This document shows positions 28,267-37,475 of a stretch of DNA of 57,841 nt, one piece after another (position 1 is the stretch's first letter; each line of letters starts with the position of its first letter). Source of the DNA: an uncultured Muribaculum sp. (GTDB lineage: Bacteria; Bacteroidota; Bacteroidia; Bacteroidales; Muribaculaceae); assembly GCA_964421745.1 (NCBI GenBank), contig CAYQYL010000002.1, positions 1-57,841 on the forward strand, written 5' to 3'. Made by a program: the position numbers and the translations under genes. The notes beneath the pieces were generated by a model. The model saw only the letters and a program-made list of their open reading frames with translations. It ran no database searches and was not told the origin of the DNA.

Positions 28267-31200
28267 TTAGAATTGAGCACTTAAACCAATGTTGAACTTA
28301 CGGTTGGTGCGTCCCCAGTTTTCGGGGTCACCGTACGATGCATTCCAGTTTTTGCCTGTGATTGTGCCGAGGTTGTCAACGCTGACAAATACTTTCAGAT
28401 CGTCAACCTGGATGTTCTTGAGCAAATTGGTCGGAAGAGCGTAAGACACTGAAATGTTGCTGAAACGGAGGAACGAACGGTTAACATAGCGGTGGGGGTC
28501 GCCAGCGCCTGTCGGGCCTTTGGCTTCCATACGGCCGGCATTATTAATCGGGTGTTCGGGAGTCCAGTAGGGTTTCTTCACTGTGTTGACCATACGGAAC
28601 TGGATGTAAGCGCCGTCGTCGTCGTTGTTACGGATCACGTCACCACCGCGAACGCTCTGATAGCCTTTATAACCCAGGTAAGAGTACATTGTGAAGCTAA
28701 CGTTGAAGTTCTTGAAAATGGTGAAATTGTTGCGCATTGTCAGGCGATAAGGAGCATTGCTCTGGCCTAAGAAGCACTTGTCTTCGTCGTTGTAAACGAT
28801 TGTCTTAACTGTTCCGTCTTCGTTATACACGTCGTTGGCGGGGTTGTTCCAAACCTTGATGTCGCCCGGACGCTGGCCATACTTAGCTGCTTCTTCAGCC
28901 TCGTTAACCTGCCAGATACCCATGTATTTGAAGTTCCAGATCTCACCGATCGAGTGGCCGATGAACCAGCCGTTTGAGGGATTGTCAACTTCTTTGCCGT
29001 TTTCGTCGCGATCGCCGGTGAGGTGTTTGATCTCATTGTGGTTGTAGGCGAATGTGAAATCGGTTGTCCATGTGAAGTTACGATTCTGGATATTGGTTGA
29101 GCGGAGCGAAAGCTCGATACCCTTGTTATCTACCTGACCAAGGTTCGTAGTGATGTTCTCGTAACCGGAGAATCCGGGCAGACGCTGCGACATGATCATG
29201 TCTTTTGTTTTAGCATAATAGAGTTCGAGAGCACCGGTGAGGCGGCTGTGCATAAAGCTGAAGTCCAAACCTACGTTGAACGACTCGGTTCTTTCCCATT
29301 TAAGGTTGGGGTTAGCCAGACGGTCGACACGCAGATAAGCGTAGTCGGTTACGACATTGTTGCCGGTGATATACTGCTGACGCGCATTACCACCGTCGGT
29401 CAGGTTGGCAAGTGCTACATCAGCACCGATGTCACGGTTACCGTTCTGACCCCACGACAGACGCAGTTTACCATAGTCCATTACGTTGCTGAACGGTTCC
29501 CAGAATTTTTCGTTTGTGAAAATCCAGCCGGCAGCAAATGCGGGGAATGTAGCGTGCTGGTTGTTGACACCGAATGCGCAGTAACCGTCGCGACGGATCG
29601 AAGCTGTCAACAGGTAGCGGTTGTCGAAGTTGTACTGACCGCGGGCAAGAAGACCGTCGGCTGTGCGGTGTGTATCGTCAGTCCAGAATTCAGTAAGGTC
29701 TTTCTGAGCCGATTTGATGTAGTGGAATCCAAGAGCATCGGTCGGAGTGATGTTGCGTGCACCGATACCTTGCGACCAGTAGCGACGTTCTTCGGCTTCC
29801 TGCACGAGAGTTACAGTCACATCGTGTTTACCTGCGAATTTCTTGTTCCAGTTGAGGACGTTGTTGAGCGACCAATCAAAACGTTTTGCCATGTCGCGGT
29901 CAACACCTGAGTCTTTAGCAAGACGGTCGGGTTTAGCTGCTTCATACCATGCACGTTTGTAGTAGAACTGGTAGCGGGGAGCGATGTTGAATGTGTAGGT
30001 GATGTTAAACGGAAGTTTAACGCGGATGTTAAACTGGGTGTTGAAAGTTGTGTAGCCCTGTTCTTTCTTATCCCAATCGAGGTTGTAGAGAGTACTTGTG
30101 TATTTGTGTCCGTAGGCGTTGTCTGTGCCCAATGGATACTGTGTCCAGCTGCCGTCTTCGTCTTTAACGTTAGCGTAGGGAGAGTATGTACGGATTTCTG
30201 AGTCGGCAACACGAGCGTCGTCGCTGCGGTCCTGGAAGTTGATCTGAGCACCAACGTTCAACCATGTGTTAACGTCCATGTTCACTTTCATTTGCATGCG
30301 GAACTGACGGAAATAGTCGCCGCGGGCAACACCTTTGTTGTGGAGGTAGCCGGCCGACAGGTAGTAGTTGGCTTTTTCGTTAGCACCACTTACACTGACG
30401 TTGTAGTCCTGCTGCAGACCCTTCTGATAGAAGTAATCGTCCCAGTTTGTGAAATTGTCGTTAAGAGCGTTCTGGAGAAGATCACCTTTGAAGTTGATAC
30501 GACGGAGCCAGATTTCATAGTCGCTCATACCATCGTCCTGAATGGTGTAACCACGCCAGTCGCTGAGGCTGACACCGGCAGGAAGGTTGTTGGGGTTGCG
30601 GAAATAACCCGGAGTTGATTCGTAACCTGACTGGTAGGCGCGATAGTTGCCTTCGCTGTCGAAACCGTAGGTGTTCGATTCAAAAAAGTCAACCTTGTGC
30701 TGGAGGTAGTCGTTCTTACCCAGATATGCAGGGCTGTTGGCTTCTTTCACAAAACCGATGTTGGCTGTGAGGCGAACAACCGGAGCACCCTTGCTACCCT
30801 TCTTGGTTGTGATAAGGATCACACCGTTGGCAGCCTGTGCACCATAGACGGCGGCAGCAGATGCGTCTTTGAGAATGTCGATCTGTGCGATATCGTCGGG
30901 GTTGATTTCAGAAAGTTCGCCGTAGAAAATCATACCGTCGAGAATGAGAAGAGCATTTGTGCCCGTACCGACTGATTTGTTACCACGGATCACGATCGAA
31001 CCACCACCTTTGGCATCGTTGGTGATACCTACGTTCATACCGGCAACACCACGGAGAAGATCCTGCACAGTTGCAGGGTTCTGAGCCTGTAGATCGTCAG
31101 GACGAACCTGAACCACGGCACCGGTCATGTCCTTTTTCTTGGCTGTACCGTAACCGATAGCTACGACTTCGTCGAGCATATTGGCGCTTTCGGTGAGTGT

Positions 31201-31500
31201 GATTTTCAGATTAGTTCCGGCAGCTACTGTAGCCTGATTGTAGCCGATGTAGCCGATCTGGATTGTGGCCTTGGGGGCAACACGGAACTGGAATTTACCG
31301 TCGACATCGGTCGTACAACCGTTAGTTGTGCCGACTTCGAGAACCGACGCTCCAATAAGTGGTTCACCATCGGAGCCGAACACCGTACCGCTTGCGACAA
31401 CGGTGTTACCCTGAGTTCTACTCGAACCTTGTGCGTAGGCAACAGTTGCGCTGAGGCACAAAGCCATGAGAACGGGGATTATTTTCTTAAGGAATCCCAT
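28267..31500 (-). CDS. susC: SusC/RagA TonB-dependent transporter
   Basis: EPLIGASV, LDEVVAIGYG, ILKDASAAAVYG, NGVILITTK, NPNLKWE, C-terminal Phe. Confidence 0.97.
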   Translation of the reverse strand: MGFLKKIIPVLMALCLSATVAYAQGSSRTQGNTVVASGTVFGSDGEPLIGASVLEVGTTNGCTTDVDGKFQFRVAPKATIQIGYIGYNQATVAAGTNLKITLTESANMLDEVVAIGYGTAKKKDMTGAVVQVRPDDLQAQNPATVQDLLRGVAGMNVGITNDAKGGGSIVIRGNKSVGTGTNALLILDGMIFYGELSEINPDDIAQIDILKDASAAAVYGAQAANGVILITTKKGSKGAPVVRLTANIGFVKEANSPAYLGKNDYLQHKVDFFESNTYGFDSEGNYRAYQSGYESTPGYFRNPNNLPAGVSLSDWRGYTIQDDGMSDYEIWLRRINFKGDLLQNALNDNFTNWDDYFYQKGLQQDYNVSVSGANEKANYYLSAGYLHNKGVARGDYFRQFRMQMKVNMDVNTWLNVGAQINFQDRSDDARVADSEIRTYSPYANVKDEDGSWTQYPLGTDNAYGHKYTSTLYNLDWDKKEQGYTTFNTQFNIRVKLPFNITYTFNIAPRYQFYYKRAWYEAAKPDRLAKDSGVDRDMAKRFDWSLNNVLNWNKKFAGKHDVTVTLVQEAEERRYWSQGIGARNITPTDALGFHYIKSAQKDLTEFWTDDTHRTADGLLARGQYNFDNRYLLTASIRRDGYCAFGVNNQHATFPAFAAGWIFTNEKFWEPFSNVMDYGKLRLSWGQNGNRDIGADVALANLTDGGNARQQYITGNNVVTDYAYLRVDRLANPNLKWERTESFNVGLDFSFMHSRLTGALELYYAKTKDMIMSQRLPGFSGYENITTNLGQVDNKGIELSLRSTNIQNRNFTWTTDFTFAYNHNEIKHLTGDRDENGKEVDNPSNGWFIGHSIGEIWNFKYMGIWQVNEAEEAAKYGQRPGDIKVWNNPANDVYNEDGTVKTIVYNDEDKCFLGQSNAPYRLTMRNNFTIFKNFNVSFTMYSYLGYKGYQSVRGGDVIRNNDDDGAYIQFRMVNTVKKPYWTPEHPINNAGRMEAKGPTGAGDPHRYVNRSFLRFSNISVSYALPTNLLKNIQVDDLKVFVSVDNLGTITGKNWNASYGDPENWGRTNRKFNIGLSAQF

Positions 31501-31553
31501 TGATTGATAATGATTTTTTGGTTAATATTAAGGTTAAGATTTTCGCTTGATTA

Positions 31554-33386
31554 TTATTCCATCAGGGCTGCAACACACCACAGGTACGGACCCTGGGCAT
31601 GATAATCGCCTGTGTGGCGGGGACGGTCGTAATAGTACTGTTTGTCGTTTTTCTTGTTTGTTCCGACACAGATTTCACGAACCTGATTTTTGTCATTAAT
31701 GTAGTCGACGAGTGCCAGCCAGCCTTTGCGCGCAGCGGGAGCATAAGTGTCGGCATCGAGCCAGCCGTGGCGTACACCGTTAATAAAAGCATATGTGAAC
31801 ATAGCCGAGCATGAAGTTTCGGGCCAGCAGTCCGACTCGTCGATGAGCTGATTCCATGTTCCGTCTTCATTCTGGTATTTCAAGAGGCTGCTCATCATTT
31901 TGTGGTAGCCTTCCATGATGCGTTTGCGGTCTTTGTGATTTTCGGGAAGCTCTTTAAGCAGCTCGGTCAGACCGGCAGCCATCCAGCCGTTGCCGCGACC
32001 CCAGAAATAGGGCACGTCGGGAGCGTGATAGAACAGCCCGTTAGGTTTCTGCAGTTCGTCGAGGTATTTCACCATTTCGTGAGCGGCGCGGTCGAGGTAT
32101 TTCTGGTCGCCTGTTGCACGATAGGCCTGTGTCTGTACGATAGTGATCATGTACATATCGTCGATCCACATGCGTGTCTGCCATGTGTAGCCGTCGTCGA
32201 CAAGAGCTTTCTGTTCGGCATTAGCGTCGGCAGGCAGTTCCCACTGCGAGTCAGCATAAGGCATTCCCACCTCTTTATAGCGGTTGTCGCCGGTTGCGCA
32301 ATACAAGCCGAGGGGCAGACTACCGAACATGTTCAGATCGACATGGTTCATAATTGGGCGCAACGCCTCTTCGTCGGTCAACAGATGCTCGAAGCGCTGT
32401 TTGAGAAGTGACATAAGAGTCTTGTCGTTAGCCAGGTCGGCGTAGCGCACAGCTCCGTTCCAATAGAAAGTTTCCGGATATGAAATCCATTTGCCACCGT
32501 GCAGGGCGTGCTTCTCGGTGGGGAAACGATAGGCAATGCGGCGTCCAACCTCGTCGGGTGTGTATCCCTCAGGGAAGTCGGTCAGGCGGCTGTCCTGCAT
32601 GGGGAGTGCCTTGATTTTGATATTGCGGAACCACACTTCATCGCCATGATCCTGAAGCAGGATGTGGCCGTTTGTATTTCCGAAATTAGGCCAGTTCTTG
32701 TATTTGCTGTATGCAACAAGAGCGTCCCACTCTTTATTGTTGCGGTCGTATTCGAGAAGTTTCTCACCGTTCAGCCAATGTTCAACGTGGTTTCCGCGCA
32801 CGATAACAGTAGCTGTATTGAAATCGTTGATGTTAAACGGTTTTGTTTCGGGAGCAGGAATAAGGTCGTAGAGTGAGCCGAGTTTGCGGTTGCCCTTAAC
32901 ACCGAGCTTTGCATCGGGGTGGCGCAGGTCGTCGAGAATCTGGAACTCACAACCGATAGCCGAACCTTTTCCTTTGTTCATGTCGGGGTCAACAAAATAT
33001 TTGATACCGCTGTTGGCACCTTCTGTGATTTTGAAGTCGACCGACAAAATGAAGTCGCCATAAACATCGTCAGTAACGATGTCGCCTCCGTTGGTCGATT
33101 CGCCTCCGTCCGACGGCATCACCTTGAGTATGCCATCTTCGATCACCCAGCCTTTTTTGGGGAATTCGTTGAGTTTTGCTCCGCGCCAGCCATTAGTTGT
33201 CTTGCCGTCCCAGAGGAGTTTCCAGCCATCGGCAACCTCGGCAGGCGAGAGTGTGTTAGGTGTAGCGCTTGCTTCGGGGAGATAAGTATGAGCTTTGCCG
33301 CTGTAGATCGGCTTGCTGTTTTGTGCTGAAACAGCCGAACCTGACAGAGTCAAAAGCATTGAGAGTACTAAGAAACACTTTTTCAT
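31554..33386 (-). CDS. Fusion: DUF1080 (3-keto-disaccharide hydrolase-like) + GH105/GH88-type unsaturated glycoside hydrolase
   Basis: N-terminal NTLS...[37 protein letters not shown]; C-terminal WIDDMYM, LFYH, WGRGNGW, ETSCSAM. One uninterrupted ORF with a signal peptide. Confidence 0.85.
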   Translation of the reverse strand: MKKCFLVLSMLLTLSGSAVSAQNSKPIYSGKAHTYLPEASATPNTLSPAEVADGWKLLWDGKTTNGWRGAKLNEFPKKGWVIEDGILKVMPSDGGESTNGGDIVTDDVYGDFILSVDFKITEGANSGIKYFVDPDMNKGKGSAIGCEFQILDDLRHPDAKLGVKGNRKLGSLYDLIPAPETKPFNINDFNTATVIVRGNHVEHWLNGEKLLEYDRNNKEWDALVAYSKYKNWPNFGNTNGHILLQDHGDEVWFRNIKIKALPMQDSRLTDFPEGYTPDEVGRRIAYRFPTEKHALHGGKWISYPETFYWNGAVRYADLANDKTLMSLLKQRFEHLLTDEEALRPIMNHVDLNMFGSLPLGLYCATGDNRYKEVGMPYADSQWELPADANAEQKALVDDGYTWQTRMWIDDMYMITIVQTQAYRATGDQKYLDRAAHEMVKYLDELQKPNGLFYHAPDVPYFWGRGNGWMAAGLTELLKELPENHKDRKRIMEGYHKMMSSLLKYQNEDGTWNQLIDESDCWPETSCSAMFTYAFINGVRHGWLDADTYAPAARKGWLALVDYINDKNQVREICVGTNKKNDKQYYYDRPRHTGDYHAQGPYLWCVAALME

Positions 33387-33479
33387 CGGAATGTTTGGTT
33401 TATTTAGATTGTTAAACGAGTTGTGTCCTGGTTAGATTTACAATAATATCTGTGATTTTTGATCTGATATTAGATGTCG

Positions 33480-33534
33480 CAAATGTAGAATTTAACATGT
33501 TTTCACCATGTACCGGATTGTGCCAAAAGTGTAT
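33480..33534 (-). promoter_or_regulatory. Promoter of the DUF1080/GH105-susC-susD operon with candidate HTCS box
   Basis: TACATTTG -7 (33480-87) and tgtaccggattgtgccaaaagtgtat (33509-34). Confidence 0.7.
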
Positions 33535-33581
33535 TTATGCATTTATTCCCACGATTTTAACACATACATGCGTGAAACAGG

Positions 33582-33630
33582 AAAATTTAACGGCCTTACG
33601 GTCTTGAAAACACAAAGGCCGTTAAATTTT
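33582..33630 (-). terminator. Terminator after GH2
   Basis: Perfect 16-bp inverted repeat aaaatttaacggcctt/aaggccgttaaatttt. Confidence 0.75.
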
Positions 33631-33643
33631 GATGTGTCATTCG

Positions 33644-35464
33644 CTATTTGCTAAGGCTGTTGACGAGCGATTTATTGGCTTTGCGCACGCGGTCTTCGTC
33701 AACTTTGATTACAGCGCGATCATAGGTCATGAGTCCGTTCACTTCGTTTTCAACGTCGGTGGTCTGAGTGTAGACAGCTCCGGTGTAACCTGCTTTCACC
33801 AGATCGAGGAGCTGGTTGATGTATTCAACATATTGGTCGGTTACTTCCTTGGGTGTGTTGAACTGAGTATATCCCCAGTTGCGGTCGGGCGACCAGATGT
33901 GATCTTTCACAACCAAGCCGATTCCACCGTATTCGCCGAGCACATTTGCACGTTCGCCGTCGAACAGAAGCATTTTCGGGCCCGGGTAATGGTGAATGTC
34001 GAGCATGTCGCCTATATGATAGTGGTTACCGCCACTTGCAGGGTTAACCAGACGGCTGGGATCATATTCCTTTGTCCAGGCTACGATTTCCGGACCTTTG
34101 AAGTGACCCCATGCCTCGTTGAATGGAACCCATGTCGAGATACAGGGATAGTTGTACAGTGCATCTATAATCTCTTTCCATTCACGACGGAAATTGGCTT
34201 CACTCTCAGCCGAACGTGTGCGCTCGGTTCCATCGAAATACTTGTGCATCTGCCATTCAGGACCACGGTCGCCGTTGGGCATATCCTGCCAGACAATTAT
34301 GCCGGCACGGTCGCAGTAGGTGTACCACAAAGCGGGTTCAACCTTAACGTGCTTGCGAATCATATTGTAGCCCCAGTCTTTTGTTTTATCAACGTCATAG
34401 ATCATCGCCTCGTAGGTCGGAGCGGTATACAGTCCGTCGGGCCACCAGCCTTGGTCGAGCGGACCAAACTGGAACAGGTCGTTGTTGTTGAGCTGCAGGC
34501 GAACGATGCCACCTTTGTCGCGTGCAATCGAGTATTTGCGCATAGCTGCGTAGCTGTTCACTTTGTCGACCGGCTTACCGTCGGCATACATTGTGATTTC
34601 GAGGTCGTAAAGGTTAGGTGCATCAGGCGACCAAAGTTTCACGTCGGCAGGCATAAACACCTCTATCGGTTGGTTGCCTATGCTCTTACCTGTAGCTACA
34701 ACCTTGCCGTTATCCTTGACCACGACTTCGTTGACAACGTTCTGTGAGGGCTGCGAAGCTTCCACAGCAACAGAAAGCACATTCTTATCAATGTCCGGTG
34801 TGGTTCGGAGCGAAGCAATATGATTCTTGGCTACCGGTTCCAGCCAGACGGTCTGCCAGATACCGGTCACAGGAGTGTACCAGATTCCTTCGGGACGATT
34901 GGTTTGTTTTCCGCGGGGCTGATAGCCGTCAGACGTCGGATCGACAACCTTGACGGTCAGTTTGTTTTCACCTTTAGGATTAAGAGCCGGCGTGATGTTC
35001 AGGCTAAAGGGTGTGTAACCACCCTTATGTCCGCCGACCTTGATATCGTTAACCCAAACTTCGCACGCCCAATCGACCGCACCGAAGTTAAGCATCACGT
35101 CGTTGCCTTTCCATGCAGCCGGAACTGTGAACGAACGGTTGTACCACAACGCTTCGTTGCGTCCTACGCGTTTGCCGACTCCTGACAGACTCGACTCAAC
35201 ACAGAAAGGCACCAGGATCTTGCCCTGCCACTGCGATGGCGCGCCAGATTTGTCGGAAACGATAGCGTAGTTCCATTGTCCGTTAAGATTCTGCCAGTTG
35301 GCACGCTCCATAATCGGGCGAGGGTATTCTTTCCAAGGCATTACTGTGTCTACCTCGGCCGCCCAACGCGATGAAATCCGGTCGCCGGCGGGCTTATAGG
35401 CGACAGCCTGCACAGAACAAGCAGCAACGCCAAGAGCTATTAAAGCTGTTTTTAAGATATTCAT
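33644..35464 (-). CDS. GH2 glycoside hydrolase (short type; beta-galactosidase / galactofuranosidase-like)
   Basis: EYPRP...WQNLNGQW, FGAVDW, LDQGWWPDGLYTAP, RKHVKVE, PFNEAWG, GEYGG, YTQTTDVE. Confidence 0.85.
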   Translation of the reverse strand: MNILKTALIALGVAACSVQAVAYKPAGDRISSRWAAEVDTVMPWKEYPRPIMERANWQNLNGQWNYAIVSDKSGAPSQWQGKILVPFCVESSLSGVGKRVGRNEALWYNRSFTVPAAWKGNDVMLNFGAVDWACEVWVNDIKVGGHKGGYTPFSLNITPALNPKGENKLTVKVVDPTSDGYQPRGKQTNRPEGIWYTPVTGIWQTVWLEPVAKNHIASLRTTPDIDKNVLSVAVEASQPSQNVVNEVVVKDNGKVVATGKSIGNQPIEVFMPADVKLWSPDAPNLYDLEITMYADGKPVDKVNSYAAMRKYSIARDKGGIVRLQLNNNDLFQFGPLDQGWWPDGLYTAPTYEAMIYDVDKTKDWGYNMIRKHVKVEPALWYTYCDRAGIIVWQDMPNGDRGPEWQMHKYFDGTERTRSAESEANFRREWKEIIDALYNYPCISTWVPFNEAWGHFKGPEIVAWTKEYDPSRLVNPASGGNHYHIGDMLDIHHYPGPKMLLFDGERANVLGEYGGIGLVVKDHIWSPDRNWGYTQFNTPKEVTDQYVEYINQLLDLVKAGYTGAVYTQTTDVENEVNGLMTYDRAVIKVDEDRVRKANKSLVNSLSK

Positions 35465-35528
35465 GGATAATTATGTTTATTAAAGTTATATTACAAAGTT
35501 ACTAAAAACCGATTGGTACTTCTATAAA

Positions 35529-36995
35529 TTAAGAAATGCTATTGAGCAAATCGAGCTTACCTTCGTTAACAAGCTTCAGGATTAGCTCGCCAAACAATGT
35601 GTTCTGCCATGCAAACCATTCACGTGTGAAGTCGGAAGCGTCGTTAACATTGAACGACTCATGCATGAATCCGGTTTCATTGTCGGTATTCATCAGCATG
35701 GTTATACATTCTTTTATTTCGTTATCATCTTTAGATGTGAAAGCTTTCATCATCAGACTCATTGGCCAAGCCATGTCGTAGCCGATATGCGGACCGCCGA
35801 TACCTTCGCCAGCCTTACCCGAGAAGAAATATGGATTATTTTTGCTCCATACGAATCGGCGGGTGTTCTGATAAATCTCGTCGTCAATATCGACATCGCC
35901 AAGATAAGGCATCGCCAGCAGGCTGGGAACATTTGCATCGTCCATCAGATGGTAGTTACCGAATCCGTCAACTTCGAAAGCATAGATTTTGCCGAATGTG
36001 GGATGATTATAGACTGCATATTGCTTCAGTGCAGCATCCACTTCATTAGCGAGAGCCGTGCAGCGTGCGCATCGGGTTTGATCACCGTTGACATCTTTCA
36101 GAATTTCAGCTGCCTTGCGCAGACTTGTCACAGCAAAGAAGTTGGACGGAACCAGATACTGGAACGTTGTTGCGTCGTCCGACGGGCGGAAACATGAAAC
36201 AATCAGTCCGCAACCGCTCACCGGTGCACCCCAGCCGCCATTACACATTGTGTCGAGCTGACGTTCGGTTTTGCGCTGGAACTTATATGGCCCACGGTTG
36301 TCTTTGCGCTGCTGCGCTGTGAAAGTTGCTAAAATTTTGTCGACAGCTTCGAGCCATTCGCCGTCGAACACACTTGTATCGCCGGTCACTTTCCAATATT
36401 CATAGGCAAGGCGCACGGGATAGCACAAAGAGTCTATTTCATATTTACGCTCATGCACCTCGGGACGCATATCGGTGTTGTCAGACATCCACTCGCCTCC
36501 GGTCGGACCGTCGTTGAATGCGTTGGCATACGGATCAAGTATGATACACTTGAACTGGCGGTTAATCACCCCGTTGATCATGTTACGTAAATTCTCATCC
36601 TGGTTAGCCAGCTGCACATAGGGCCACACCTGAGCTCCTGAGTCACGAAGCCACATTGCATGAATATCGCCGGTGTAAACAAACGTATCGTGTTTACCAT
36701 CGTCGCCCACGCGGTAGTGAACGGTGGTGTCGAGAGTGTTGGGAAAGCAATTCTCGAACATCCAGGCCAGCTTCGGATTTGTGAGCAGGGCTTTCACACG
36801 TTTAATTTGCTGCTCAACTGCCTGCGAGTTGAACAACCGCGCACTCTGCTGCGGGCGGTTTGTCAACGTGTAGGCTTTGGAAGAGGCAACAGATGTATTG
36901 TCGCTTGCACACACATTGGCTCCCGTGGCCGAAGCTACCGCAGTCCCTGAGAGCAGCAAAGCAGAGAATATGATTTTAAATTTGTCCAGTGCCAT
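35529..36995 (-). CDS. GH125 exo-alpha-1,6-mannosidase
   Basis: FPNTLDTT, TGDIHAMWLRDS, ERKYEIDSL, FRPSDD, MDDANVPSLL, HESF, FAWQN. Confidence 0.95.
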   Translation of the reverse strand: MALDKFKIIFSALLLSGTAVASATGANVCASDNTSVASSKAYTLTNRPQQSARLFNSQAVEQQIKRVKALLTNPKLAWMFENCFPNTLDTTVHYRVGDDGKHDTFVYTGDIHAMWLRDSGAQVWPYVQLANQDENLRNMINGVINRQFKCIILDPYANAFNDGPTGGEWMSDNTDMRPEVHERKYEIDSLCYPVRLAYEYWKVTGDTSVFDGEWLEAVDKILATFTAQQRKDNRGPYKFQRKTERQLDTMCNGGWGAPVSGCGLIVSCFRPSDDATTFQYLVPSNFFAVTSLRKAAEILKDVNGDQTRCARCTALANEVDAALKQYAVYNHPTFGKIYAFEVDGFGNYHLMDDANVPSLLAMPYLGDVDIDDEIYQNTRRFVWSKNNPYFFSGKAGEGIGGPHIGYDMAWPMSLMMKAFTSKDDNEIKECITMLMNTDNETGFMHESFNVNDASDFTREWFAWQNTLFGELILKLVNEGKLDLLNSIS

Positions 36996-37031
36996 TGGTA
37001 AGATTTAATTGGTTAAAAACTTTTTGTGAAG

Positions 37032-37085
37032 CAAATTTAAATTCCCAATTTTTAACATTTGTTACAACTATTGCCAAGATTGTAT
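37032..37085 (-). promoter_or_regulatory. GH125 promoter with candidate HTCS box
   Basis: TAAATTTG -7 (37032-39) and tgttacaactattgccaagattgtat (37060-85). Confidence 0.65.
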
Positions 37086-37381
37086 TATCATAGTATGTGC
37101 CGCGCGTGGATACACTTTTATCGCTTATGAATACACTTTCTTATACTTCGCTAAGGTATTCCGAAATCGCAGTATGACAAAAAGTCCCAACGCGGTTTAT
37201 GTATTCAGTCGTGCCGTTTTTGTATCTTATTTTGCCAAAATCTCACTTTTAACACTCTTAAATGGCATTACAATGCAGAAAACACCCTCTCATCTAAACT
37301 TAGCCCGACACGCATTAGCGTGACTGAAAAGAGGGAATTTGCTTCAACAATATGCAACGAAGTGTTAACGCCAGGATACAA

Positions 37382-37415
37382 TTAACTCCGTCGCACAACA
37401 ATGCGTCGGAGTTAA
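37382..37415 (-). terminator. Hairpin after GH97
   Basis: ttaactccgtcgca/tgcgtcggagttaa stem. Confidence 0.65.
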
Positions 37416-37475
37416 CTGAATCGGCAGAGCCGAGTGTCCTAATAGGACTATGAAAAGAAAGTAATCGAACGTTTC

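Noticed and set aside
33629-34747. Long antisense ORFs (also 11051-11914, 44371-45366, 51889-52755, 24727-25389)
   Set aside because: They shadow well-supported genes on the opposite strand, as expected from codon bias, and show no motifs.
35494-35501. Seventh HTCS-controlled promoter before GH2
   Set aside because: A TAACTTTG -7 box is present but there is no TGCCAAAA-like box at the 40-41 bp offset.
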